The position numbers and the translations under genes were made by a program. A stretch of DNA of 64,000 nt. Source: Acutalibacteraceae bacterium (GTDB lineage: Bacteria > Bacillota > Clostridia > Christensenellales > UBA1242). This document shows positions 26,257-34,886 of the stretch, one piece after another (the stretch's first letter is position 1; the number at the start of each line of letters is the position of its first letter). The notes below the pieces were generated by a model. It was not told the origin of the DNA, ran no database searches, and worked only from the letters and a program-made list of their open reading frames with translations. The DNA lies in NCBI GenBank assembly GCA_963602035.1, contig CAVCHC010000001.1:25351-89350 (forward strand), read 5' to 3'.

Positions 26257-27585
26257 ATGGGGCTTTTTTCAAATTTAGGCGAGAAACTTAATCATATTTT
26301 TTCAAAACTTACCAACAAGGGTAAGCTAACTGAGCTTGAAATAAAAACGGCGATGAGAGAGGTTCGCGTTGCGCTTTTAGAGGCCGACGTTAACTTTCAG
26401 GTTGCCAAAGATTTTATTTCAAAGGTAACAGAAAAGGCCGTTGGCGAAGAGATTTTAAAAAGCTTGACGCCGGGGCAACAGGTTATCAAAATCGTTAAAG
26501 ACGAACTTGTTGAGCTTATGGGTTCAACGAACGCAAAACTTGGGGTGTCGTCAACCCCGCCAACCGTCATATTGATGTGCGGCCTTCAAGGCGCGGGCAA
26601 AACCACGATGTGTGGAAAGCTTGGTGCGCTTTTGAAAAAGCAGGGCAAAAAACCGCTTTTGGTTGCGTGTGACATTTATCGTCCTGCGGCGATTGAACAG
26701 CTTAAAATCGTTGGCAAAACTGCTAACTGTGAGGTGTTTAGCGAGGGGCAGATTGACCCCGTAAAGATTGCCAAAGACGGTATCGCGCACGCCAAGAAGA
26801 TGGGGTTTGACACTGTTATTATTGACACGGCGGGCAGGCTTCATATCGACGAAAAGTTGATGGCAGAGATACAAAACATCAAAGACGCCACAAACCCAAC
26901 CGAAATTCTTTTAACGATTGATGCGATGCTTGGCCAAGACGCCGTAAATGTTGCGAAAGAGTTTGACGAAAAACTTGGCATAACGGGCACGATTGTAACC
27001 AAACTTGATGGTGATACGCGTGGTGGCGTTGCGCTGTCAGTAAAAGCCGTAACGGGCAAGCCAATCAAATTCTGTGGCGTTGGCGAAAAGGTGGGCGACC
27101 TTGAACCGTTTTATCCTGACCGAATGGCCTCGCGCATTCTTGGTATGGGCGACGTTTTGACGCTTATAGAGAAGGCGCAAGAAAATGTTGACAAAGAAAC
27201 GATGAAGCGTATGGAAGAAAACCTAAGGCGCAACACGTTTACATTTGACGACTTTTTGATGCAGTTTGAGCAGATAAGCAAGATGGGCAACCTAAGCGAC
27301 CTTATCGCGATGATTCCGGGCGCGGGCACCAAGTTTCAAGTTGGCGACGTTGACGAGAAAAAGCTTGTTAAATACAAGGCTATCATTCAGTCTATGACGC
27401 CGAAAGAGAGGCAAAACCCAGACCTAATTAAGGCCAGCCAAAAAAAGCGAATTGCGGCGGGCAGTGGGTCAACCATCCAAGAGGTCAACTCGCTTATGAA
27501 GCAGTATGACCAAACCAAGCAGATGATTAAAAATATGAATGGCCGAAATATGCAAAAAATGTTCGGCCGAAAAATCAACTTTTAA
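26257..27585 (+). CDS. ffh: signal recognition particle protein Ffh
   Basis: GLQGAGKTT, DTAGR, TKLDGD, and a Met-rich M domain. Confidence 0.97.
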   Translation: MGLFSNLGEKLNHIFSKLTNKGKLTELEIKTAMREVRVALLEADVNFQVAKDFISKVTEKAVGEEILKSLTPGQQVIKIVKDELVELMGSTNAKLGVSSTPPTVILMCGLQGAGKTTMCGKLGALLKKQGKKPLLVACDIYRPAAIEQLKIVGKTANCEVFSEGQIDPVKIAKDGIAHAKKMGFDTVIIDTAGRLHIDEKLMAEIQNIKDATNPTEILLTIDAMLGQDAVNVAKEFDEKLGITGTIVTKLDGDTRGGVALSVKAVTGKPIKFCGVGEKVGDLEPFYPDRMASRILGMGDVLTLIEKAQENVDKETMKRMEENLRRNTFTFDDFLMQFEQISKMGNLSDLIAMIPGAGTKFQVGDVDEKKLVKYKAIIQSMTPKERQNPDLIKASQKKRIAAGSGSTIQEVNSLMKQYDQTKQMIKNMNGRNMQKMFGRKINF

Positions 27586-27775
27586 TTAGCTTTAACTTGC
27601 GGGCAAGCACTACGTCGCTGGCGGGTATATACAAAACGCTGGCGGGGAATTAAGGATTTCTACCCGACATGTTTTACCAGCGGGCAGACTCAGCCAAGTT
27701 TGGCTAATTAAAAATAAGTGGCATATTTCAGCGTACCAACGCTGTTTATGATAAAAAAACAAAAGGAGAACGAAA

Positions 27776-28171
27776 ATGGCTGTTAAAATCAGACTTACAA
27801 GAATGGGTGACAAGAAATCTCCATTCTATCGCATTGTTGTTGCAGATTCAAGGAAATCAAGAGATGGTGAGGTTATCGATTTAATCGGTACTTTTAACCC
27901 ATTAACCAACCCTGAAACCATCAAAGTTGACGCAGATAAGGCAACTGACTGGCTTAAAAAGGGCGCACAACCAACTGACACGGCTAAGGCATTGCTTGTT
28001 AAGGCAAACGTAACTTTCCCTGAAAAGAAAGTGAAGGCTAAAAAGGCAAAAGCAACCGCAGAAGTTAAAGTTGAAGCCGAACCTGCTAAAAAGGCACCAG
28101 CAAAAAAAGCTGCTGCTAAAACAACTGCTAAAACTGCAACCAAAAAAGCTGCAACCAAGAAAGCAGAATAG
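27776..28171 (+). CDS. rpsP: 30S ribosomal protein S16 with a Lys/Ala-rich C-terminal extension
   Basis: [26 protein letters not shown] core plus an extra tail of about 45 aa ([37 protein letters not shown]). Confidence 0.93.
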   Translation: MAVKIRLTRMGDKKSPFYRIVVADSRKSRDGEVIDLIGTFNPLTNPETIKVDADKATDWLKKGAQPTDTAKALLVKANVTFPEKKVKAKKAKATAEVKVEAEPAKKAPAKKAAAKTTAKTATKKAATKKAE

Positions 28172-28188
28172 TAAGGAGGTAAGGCTTT

Positions 28189-28422
28189 ATGCAAGAATTA
28201 CTTCTTTATATCGCTAAAAATTTGGTAAATGATGCAGACGCAGTTTCAGTAGACGTCAAAGAAAATGACAGGTTTATTGACTGCAAATTGACCGTAGGCA
28301 AAGGCGACTTAGGCAAGGTTATTGGGCGCAATGGCAAAATTGCGGCCGCTATCCGCACCGTAGCGCGCGCTTATGGCCGAAAACAAAACAAAAAAGTCAA
28401 CGTTAAAATTGACGAAAATTAG
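28189..28422 (+). CDS. KH-domain RNA-binding protein (YlqC family)
   Basis: GKVIGRNGKIAAAIRTV KH GXXG motif. Conserved position between rpsP and rimM. Confidence 0.87.
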   Translation: MQELLLYIAKNLVNDADAVSVDVKENDRFIDCKLTVGKGDLGKVIGRNGKIAAAIRTVARAYGRKQNKKVNVKIDEN

Positions 28423-28424
28423 TG

Positions 28425-28449
28425 AAGGGGGCGCGTGCCCCTTTTGTTT
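28425..28449 (+). terminator. hairpin/partial terminator
   Basis: aagggg-gcgcgtg-cccctt followed by ttg. rimM follows 13 nt later, so this is probably leaky. Confidence 0.45.
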
Positions 28450-28461
28450 GTGTGAGGGAAT

Positions 28462-28953
28462 ATGGATTTTTTAGAAATCGGCCTTATAACCAAGCCGCAC
28501 GGGGTTCGCGGGCAAGTTAAAATCAAGCCGCTTGACTTTGGCCATTTTGACTTTTTGGCCGCAAAAACGCTTAACATCGGCGGTACGGACTATGCTGTAT
28601 TAGAGATTTTTTCAAACAATGGCGAGTTTGTTGCGACCTTAGCAGGCGTGGACAGCGTACAAAAGGCCAACGCGCTTAAAAATAAGGCAGTGTGCGTAGC
28701 GCGCAGCGAGGTTGACGCGGGCGACCAGATTTTTGTTGCCGACATTTTGGGCAAAACGGCGGTTGACGACGGTGGGCGCGTGCTTGGGCGTATTGACGAC
28801 GTCCAAAATTTTGGCGCGGCCGACGTTATCTATATAAAAGGCGAAAAACCGTTTTTGTTTGCCAACATCGGCGGGATAATCACGGCGGTTGATGACAAGC
28901 AAGTGACGCTTAACGCAAAAAATCTAAGCGAGGTTATGGTTTATGAAGATTGA
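28462..28953 (+). CDS. rimM: 16S rRNA processing protein RimM
   Basis: GLITKPHGVRGQVKIKP N-terminus and a PRC-barrel-like C-terminus. Confidence 0.9.
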   Translation: MDFLEIGLITKPHGVRGQVKIKPLDFGHFDFLAAKTLNIGGTDYAVLEIFSNNGEFVATLAGVDSVQKANALKNKAVCVARSEVDAGDQIFVADILGKTAVDDGGRVLGRIDDVQNFGAADVIYIKGEKPFLFANIGGIITAVDDKQVTLNAKNLSEVMVYED

Positions 28954-29614
28954 CATTTTAACGCTGTTTCCTGAGATGTTTGAGCCGCTTAAAACCAGCC
29001 TTTTAGGTAAGGCGCAAGAGAGGGGCGTGCTTGAAATCAACCTGATTAACATTCGCGACTATTCGACGGACAAGCACAAAAAGTGCGATGATTATCCTTT
29101 TGGTGGCGGGTGCGGGATGCTGATGACGCCGCAGCCTATCGCAAGCGCGTTTGAGGCGATTGAGGGGTACAAAACTGCGCACAAAATCTTTATGTCGCCG
29201 CGAGGGAGGACGTTTGTTCAGTCGCGCGCGAAAGAACTTAGCCAGTTTGACCATCTTATCATCTTGTGCGGGCACTATGAGGGGGTAGACCAGCGCATTA
29301 TCGACCTGTTTATCGACGAGGAAATTTCAATCGGCGACTATGTTTTAACGGGCGGCGAAATCCCCGCGATGGCCGTGGTTGACAGCGTCGTGCGCCTTAT
29401 CCCCGGCGTGATTGGCGATATCAACTCAACCGAGGACGAAAGTTTTTCGGCGGGCACCCTTGAATATCCGCAGTACACGCGGCCGCAAACGTTTATGGGG
29501 CTAAGCGTGCCTGACGTCTTGATAAGCGGCGACCACGGTAAGGTTGACGCGTGGCGAAAAGAGCAGTCAAGGCTTATAACCGCCGCCCGCCGCCCAGAAT
29601 TATTAAATAAGTGA
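28943..29614 (+). CDS. trmD: tRNA (guanine37-N1)-methyltransferase
   Basis: MKIDILTLFPEMF... canonical TrmD. Overlaps rimM by 11 nt. Confidence 0.96.
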   Translation: MKIDILTLFPEMFEPLKTSLLGKAQERGVLEINLINIRDYSTDKHKKCDDYPFGGGCGMLMTPQPIASAFEAIEGYKTAHKIFMSPRGRTFVQSRAKELSQFDHLIILCGHYEGVDQRIIDLFIDEEISIGDYVLTGGEIPAMAVVDSVVRLIPGVIGDINSTEDESFSAGTLEYPQYTRPQTFMGLSVPDVLISGDHGKVDAWRKEQSRLITAARRPELLNK

Positions 29615-30105
29615 AGAGTTAAAAGTGAAAAGTGAAAAGAAGCGGCTGGAATTAAATTGCTGTTACTAGTAACTTGTACGTGCCTGTCATTGCGAGGAAC
29701 GTAGTGACGTGGCAATCCCATTGCTAGGGGAAGAGACGATGTTACCAGCGCAGCTCCGCCCCCTTGGCTCGTCGCAACTCGAACTTGTTTAACGCTCAGC
29801 CCTACTAACGTAGGTGTTCGCTTATCTCTCGTTCGGTTGCTCCTCTTCGCCTGCAAATTTTATGCTAAAATTTTTGGCGAGCACGCTTGCGCGTGGGGAT
29901 AAATCGGCTGAGATTATCGCGTCGTTACACTCCTCGTAATGACAATTAGCAGCAGACCATTTTAGCGACATCGGTAAGCGTAAATATATTTACAACGAAC
30001 ACTGGCCGAAGCATGGCGTAGGTTTGGTGAGTGTAAATGTATTTATGCGGGTGCACCGAATAGATACTGCAAATAATCGGCCGCATTTAAACTTTAAACT
30101 TTCAA
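29609..30105. repeat. intergenic mosaic repeat complex Y
   Basis: RAGTGAA array 29609-29643 (the trmD TGA stop is part of the first unit), module A 29685-29723, partial palindrome gctccgccccc, module C 29770-29895, module A (minus) 29906-29944, module E 29977-30050, inverted AAAGTTK array 30085-30105. Confidence 0.85.
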
Positions 30106-30152
30106 CAAGCGTGGTTGTGCAAATAAAAATCTGGTTATAAAAGGAGAATAAG

Positions 30153-31007
30153 ATGCTTATACAGTGGTTTCCGGGGCATATGGCCAAAACGCTTAGGGTT
30201 ATTGAAGAAAACCTTAAATTGGCAAATGCTATTATCTATTGTCTTGACGCGCGCGCGCCGTTTTCAAGCTTGAACCCAAAATTTGATAAGATTATAGGCA
30301 ACAAGCCTGTTATTTTCGTGCTTAACAAGGCCGACTTGGCTGACGAGGTGATGACGAAACGTGCGGTTAAAATGCTTGAAAATGAGGGTAAAACCGTGAT
30401 TGTTACCAACGCTAACAGCAACGCTTGTCGCGGGCTGATAACAAAAACGCTTACGGCGGCCTTTAAACAAAAACAAGAGGTGTTTGACCGTCGCGGCGTG
30501 ACGGGCGTTTTAAGGGCGATGGTTATCGGCGTGCCTAACACGGGCAAAAGCACGATAATCAACTTGCTTGCGGGCGAAAAAAAGGCCACAACGGGCGACA
30601 AGGCGGGCGTAACCAAAAACGCCAACTGGATAAAAGTGGCAGACAACATCGAGGTTATGGACACGCCCGGGACGCTTTGGCCAAGCTTTGAAGACCCAGC
30701 CGTTGGGCGAAATCTTGCCATCATCGGCTCGATAAAAACCGAGGTTTTGGATATAAGCGAACTGGGGTTTGAAACCGTCAAACTGCTTATTGACATCGCG
30801 CCCGACAAGCTTAAAGAGCGCTATAAACTTAGCGAGGACGCAGGCGAACTTGCGGCGCTTGACCCGATTGAAATCTATGACGAGATTTGCGCTAAGCGTG
30901 GCTGGATATTAAAGCGCAATGAGATGGACTATGAGCGCGCGGGTAAGGGCATTCTTGACGATTTTCGCTCGGCGCGTATCGGCCGCATAACGATAGACAA
31001 GTTTTAA
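30153..31007 (+). CDS. rbgA: ribosome biogenesis GTPase A (YlqF)
   Basis: Circularly permuted GTPase: NKADL precedes GVPNTGKST and DTPG. Confidence 0.9.
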   Translation: MLIQWFPGHMAKTLRVIEENLKLANAIIYCLDARAPFSSLNPKFDKIIGNKPVIFVLNKADLADEVMTKRAVKMLENEGKTVIVTNANSNACRGLITKTLTAAFKQKQEVFDRRGVTGVLRAMVIGVPNTGKSTIINLLAGEKKATTGDKAGVTKNANWIKVADNIEVMDTPGTLWPSFEDPAVGRNLAIIGSIKTEVLDISELGFETVKLLIDIAPDKLKERYKLSEDAGELAALDPIEIYDEICAKRGWILKRNEMDYERAGKGILDDFRSARIGRITIDKF

Positions 31008-31069
31008 GTAAAGTTTAAAGTTGAAAGTTTAAAGTTTAAATATTGATGTCATTGCGACGAAGCGACGAC
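31005..31069 (+). repeat. AAAGTTK heptamer array plus truncated module A
   Basis: taagtaaagtttaaagttgaaagtttaaagtttaaatattgatgtcattgcgacgaagcgacgac. It includes the rbgA stop and runs to within 10 nt of the rnhB RBS. Confidence 0.8.
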
Positions 31070-31084
31070 TTTTTGGAGAAACAG

Positions 31085-31693
31085 ATGAAACCTGATTGTG
31101 ATTTATTGGCGTACGAAAACGCGCTGCGCCGTGAGGGCAAAACTCTTATCGCGGGGGCAGACGAGGTAGGGCGCGGGCCGCTGGCGGGGCCGGTGGTGAC
31201 GTGTGCGGTTATTATGGACCTTGACCACGTCGTTGACGGCGTGTGGGACAGCAAAAAGCTTAGCGAAAAAAAGCGTGAGCAACTTTTTGACGAGATAAAA
31301 AAGCACGCGATTGCCTATCAAATTGAGTTTGAAAGCGAGGCGGCGATTGACGAAATCAACATCCTTAACGCCACGAAAAAGTGTATGGCGCGCGCGATAA
31401 ACACTCTGTCGGTGCGGCCTGACGTGGTGCTGGTTGACGCGGTTGACGGCCTTGACATTAACGTGCCCGAAAAGGCGATTGTTCACGGCGACGCGCTGAG
31501 TTACACCATCGGCTGCGCAAGCATCTTAGCCAAGGTCACAAGAGATAGGTTTATGTGTGAGATGGCCAAAAAATATCCGCAATACGGCTTTGAAAAACAT
31601 AAAGGCTATGGCACCAAGGCGCACATCGAGGCATTAAAGACCTATGGAGCGTGCCCAATTCACCGCAAATCGTTTATTAAAAATTTTTTGTAA
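31085..31693 (+). CDS. rnhB: ribonuclease HII
   Basis: DEVGRGPLAGPVV catalytic motif. RBS GGAGA precedes the ATG at 31085. The ORF-track start at 31043 lies in the repeat. Confidence 0.9.
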   Translation: MKPDCDLLAYENALRREGKTLIAGADEVGRGPLAGPVVTCAVIMDLDHVVDGVWDSKKLSEKKREQLFDEIKKHAIAYQIEFESEAAIDEINILNATKKCMARAINTLSVRPDVVLVDAVDGLDINVPEKAIVHGDALSYTIGCASILAKVTRDRFMCEMAKKYPQYGFEKHKGYGTKAHIEALKTYGACPIHRKSFIKNFL

Positions 31694-31706
31694 AAAGGGG
31701 TGCAGG

Positions 31707-32150
31707 ATGAACAACATCAAGGTGTGGAAAGAGGGCGAAACGCAGGCGAAAGACTATCTTATCGCGCGCGGGTATCGGGTGGTTGAAACCAACTATAAAA
31801 ACGCGATTGGCGAAATCGACCTTATCGCGGTTGACCCAAAAACGCGCCAAGAGCGGGTGGTTAAAAACCGACTTGAACGGGGCGTGATTGACAAGCGTGC
31901 GGCCGAACGCCTTATGGCGCAGTGCGTGGATATGCTTGTTTTTGTTGAGGTCAAAACGCGGTCAAGCGGGAAGTTTGGCGACCCGTCGCTGGCGGTAGAC
32001 ATAACGAAACAGCGCAAGGTGTGTCGCGCCGCAACGGCCTATTTAAAGCGCTTTGGTAAGATGAACACGCCCGCCCGATTTGACGTTATTTCAATCAGTG
32101 GCGACCAGGTTGAGCACATCCTTAACGCCTTTGACACCTTTTATGGCTAA
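31707..32150 (+). CDS. YraN-family (UPF0102) endonuclease-like protein
   Basis: GEIDLIAV ... LVFVEVKTR motifs, split by an insert of about 30 aa. RBS AAAGGGG. Confidence 0.78.
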   Translation: MNNIKVWKEGETQAKDYLIARGYRVVETNYKNAIGEIDLIAVDPKTRQERVVKNRLERGVIDKRAAERLMAQCVDMLVFVEVKTRSSGKFGDPSLAVDITKQRKVCRAATAYLKRFGKMNTPARFDVISISGDQVEHILNAFDTFYG

Positions 32151-32176
32151 AAATTCGACAAAATTTATAAAAACAC

Positions 32177-32205
32177 TTGCTTTTTTTATAAAGACGTGCT
32201 AATAT
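32177..32205 (+). promoter_or_regulatory. promoter of rplS
   Basis: TTGCTT-17-TAATAT, with a 75-nt leader. Confidence 0.5.
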
Positions 32206-32279
32206 ATTTAAGCAAAAAAGTGGTCCTCTGCGCAAAGAGCTTGCACGAACACTTATCATACTAAAAGGAGGCAAACGAC

Positions 32280-32624
32280 ATGAGTAATGTTATTGATGCT
32301 ATTGAAAAAGAAGGTATGCGCGCTGATATCCCTGAGTTTAACATTGGTGACACGATTAAGGTTTACGCTAAAATCGTTGAAGGCAACCGCGAAAGAATTC
32401 AAGGCTTTGAAGGCGTGGTAATAGCTCGCAGAAACGGTGGAATAAGAGAAACTTTCACGGTTCGTCGTGTATCATTCGGTATCGGCGTTGAGAAAACTTA
32501 TCCGCTTCACTCACCAAAGATCGACCACATTGAAATCGTTCGTAAAGGTGATGTAAGACGTGCTAAACTTTACTATCTTCGTGAACGTAGTGGGAAGTCG
32601 GCGAAAGTAAAAGAAAAGAAATAG
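32280..32624 (+). CDS. rplS: 50S ribosomal protein L19
   Basis: [35 protein letters not shown]... typical L19. Confidence 0.96.
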   Translation: MSNVIDAIEKEGMRADIPEFNIGDTIKVYAKIVEGNRERIQGFEGVVIARRNGGIRETFTVRRVSFGIGVEKTYPLHSPKIDHIEIVRKGDVRRAKLYYLRERSGKSAKVKEKK

Positions 32625-32766
32625 TTAAAACCGCAAATTTGCGCGACTAAATGCAGAAAAGACAACGTCACTAAGCGTTGCAGCCGAAAAGGCTAGCTAC
32701 CGCTTAGATGACAACGTCTTTTCTTTTTTATTCATCACAAATTTGTGGTTTTAACACGTGACTAAT
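32625..32766 (+). repeat. long imperfect hairpin element L (copy 2)
   Basis: ttaaaaccgcaaatttg...acaaatttgtggtttt followed by aacacgtgactaat. Starts 1 nt after the rplS stop. Confidence 0.8.
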
Positions 32767-32788
32767 TCTTTTAAGTTATGGTATAAAT

Positions 32789-32821
32789 TGTCATTGCAAG
32801 AAACGATGTGATGGGTTATTC
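32789..32821 (+). repeat. module A (degenerate copy)
   Basis: ttgtcattgcaagaaacgatgtgatgggttattc. Confidence 0.6.
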
Positions 32822-32995
32822 ACAGCAGAAGCTGCGACGAATTTATATATACAATTCCCAACTCCGCCCCCTTTAGGGGGAGGGTGGTCGAACGTAGCGT
32901 AGAGCGTAGTGAGACGGAGGGGTTAATAAGTCCGCAGAAAAAACGGTGGTGCTATAAATTGGCAATGTTTGTTTTTTACTAATATTTTATAATAA

Positions 32996-33024
32996 TTTAC
33001 AAAATCTAACTGCGTTGATATAAT
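32996..33024 (+). promoter_or_regulatory. internal promoter of the DUF559 cassette
   Basis: TTTACA-17-TATAAT. The ATG at 33031 lies 6 nt after the -10 with no RBS, so the transcript is probably leaderless. Confidence 0.55.
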
Positions 33025-33030
33025 TTGAAT

Positions 33031-33399
33031 ATGATACAATACAATAACTATAATTATAAATTCGCAAAACGTATGCGCAAAAATATGACGCCGTGGGAGT
33101 TGCGGCTTTGGGAATTATGCTTACGCAAATTACCATTGCGGTTTAAACGTCAACATTTGCTAGGAACCTACATCGTGGATTTTTATTGCGCCAAGGCCAA
33201 GTTGGTTGTTGAAATAGATGGAGGCCAGCACTATTACGATGACGATACACAAAACAAAGATGCCGAGCGAGACGAGTTTTTAAAATCGCAGGGGCTTACG
33301 ATATTGCGCTTTTCGGACACTCACATTCACTATTTTTTTGAAAGTGTGTGCGCAGAGATATACAAGGCAATAGAACCATACTTAAATAAAGAAAGTTAA
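33031..33399 (+). CDS. DUF559 (Vsr/MutH-like fold) endonuclease-domain protein
   Basis: MTPWELRLW..LRFKRQH..YIVDFYC...LVVEIDGGQHY....D..RD.FL...G..ILRF pattern typical of DUF559, 122 aa. Confidence 0.8.
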   Translation: MIQYNNYNYKFAKRMRKNMTPWELRLWELCLRKLPLRFKRQHLLGTYIVDFYCAKAKLVVEIDGGQHYYDDDTQNKDAERDEFLKSQGLTILRFSDTHIHYFFESVCAEIYKAIEPYLNKES

Positions 33400-33444
33400 T
33401 TTTTTAGAAGATGCATATTTTTTAGATTTTGAGAGAACATAATA

Positions 33445-33500
33445 AAAGAAGGTGTTATAGTTCGGTTGGTTTAACCAAATTATAATACCTTCTTTTTTTC
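33445..33500 (+). terminator. hairpin terminator inside the DUF559 element
   Basis: aaaagaaggtgttata ... tataataccttcttttttt, merging into the right TIR. Confidence 0.6.
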
Positions 33501-33668
33501 TGCGGACTGATTAACCCCTCCGTCTTGTGTCGCTCTACGCTCCACTGCGACCACCCTCCCCCTAAAGGGGGCGGAGTTGGGTTAGGGAAGTGGGGCGGAT
33601 GCCATAGGGGTTAAAAGTTAAACCTGAGATTGTATCTTGAAAAAAATGAAAAATTTTGGAAAATTCTC

Positions 33669-33697
33669 TTGTAATTTTGGGGCGGGTGTGGTATAGT
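33669..33697 (+). promoter_or_regulatory. promoter of rpsB-tsf
   Basis: TTGTAA-17-TATAGT with spacer ttttggggcgggtgtgg. This implies a leader of about 350 nt. Confidence 0.55.
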
Positions 33698-34052
33698 TAT
33701 AAGCGAAATCACACCTTTGCTGATGAAAGGGCTGTTGCCAAGGCGGCGCGGTTAGTGGTGTTTTGTAACAGATTTAGGCTTTAAAAATATGGCAGGTCTT
33801 AGGTTTAGGCGGCTGAACGTACGGATGTATGTTAGGCAGTTTAGGCGACTGTGCGTAATATGATTGCGCAAGTTGTTTGTCTGGGGCGGGGCTTTAAAAA
33901 GTTTATCAAGCGTGATGAAATCGTGTTTGGATGGCTTTTAAGGCGGCCAATTTGTGGGGCTAAATTAAGTGCAAAATGCATAAGGCTGGGCGGCGTGGTG
34001 GCCTTGTTCAGGTGACGCAAGGGGAGGAAATAAACAAGGAGGAAATCAAAAA

Positions 34053-34865
34053 ATGTCAGTAGTATCAATGAAACAATTGCTTGAAGCCGGTGTTCATTTT
34101 GGTCATCCAACTCGTAAATGGAACCCAAAAATGAAGAAGTACATTTTTACCGCCCGCAATGATATTTACATTCTTAACCTTGAAGTTACGGTTGGTCTTA
34201 TCGACGAAGCGTATGCATTTGTTAAAAGTGTTGTTGAAAGTGGCAAGTCGGTATTGTTTGTAGGCACAAAGAAACAAGCAAAAGACGCAGTGATAGAAGA
34301 GGCTCAACGTTGTGGCCAGTTCTATATGGGCAACCGCTGGTTAGGTGGTACTTTAACCAACTTTAAAACCATTCGTGCTCGTGTTGAACGCTTAAACAAG
34401 CTTAATTCTATGGAACAAACTGGCGAGTTCGACCTTCTCCCTAAGAAGGAAGTTGCTAAACTTAAAGCCGAAAGAGACAAACTTGAAGAGAATCTTGGCG
34501 GTATTAAGGATATGCACACGATGCCAGGCGTTTTATTTGTTGTTGACCCTAAGAAAGAGTACATCGCAGTAAGAGAAGCGCGCAGTCTTGGTATTCCTAT
34601 CGTTGGCCTTGTTGACACCAACTGTGACCCAGATGATGTTGACTTTGTTATCCCAGGAAACGACGACGCTATTCGTGCGGTTAAGCTTATTGCTGGGGCA
34701 ATGGCAGATGCTGTTATTGAGGCGAAAGAGGGCGAAGAGGGCTTAGCTAAACGTAAGGCCGAGGAAGCTGAAAAGGCTGCCGAAGCTAACGAAGCCAACC
34801 AAACGGTTGAAGCTGCCGAAAAAATCGCGCCTGAAACGAAGACCGAAAGTAACGAGCAAGAATAA
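34053..34865 (+). CDS. rpsB: 30S ribosomal protein S2
   Basis: [22 protein letters not shown]... with an acidic C-terminal tail. Confidence 0.97.
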   Translation: MSVVSMKQLLEAGVHFGHPTRKWNPKMKKYIFTARNDIYILNLEVTVGLIDEAYAFVKSVVESGKSVLFVGTKKQAKDAVIEEAQRCGQFYMGNRWLGGTLTNFKTIRARVERLNKLNSMEQTGEFDLLPKKEVAKLKAERDKLEENLGGIKDMHTMPGVLFVVDPKKEYIAVREARSLGIPIVGLVDTNCDPDDVDFVIPGNDDAIRAVKLIAGAMADAVIEAKEGEEGLAKRKAEEAEKAAEANEANQTVEAAEKIAPETKTESNEQE

Positions 34866-34886
34866 TTAAATAAGGGGAACAAATTT

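Larger units (their letters stand above)
32857..33581 (+). mobile_element. nested-palindrome element carrying a DUF559 endonuclease gene (candidate autonomous copy)
   Basis: Outer arms 32857-32912 and 33525-33581 are reverse complements (cccaactccgccccctttagggggagggtgg..). Inner TIRs are gacGGAGGGGTTAATaAGTCCGCAGAAAAAA at 32913-32943 and its complement at 33494-33524. The interior is AT-rich and holds a promoter, an ORF and a terminator. Confidence 0.75.

Noticed and set aside
27586-27775. A possible structured RNA or small gene between ffh and rpsP (repeated cgctggcggg, hairpin agccaa/ttggct, minus-strand ORF 27610-27813).
   Set aside because: I could not assemble a convincing conserved fold or match it to a known leader. 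The minus-strand ORF overlaps the rpsP start and has no RBS. It is left unannotated.
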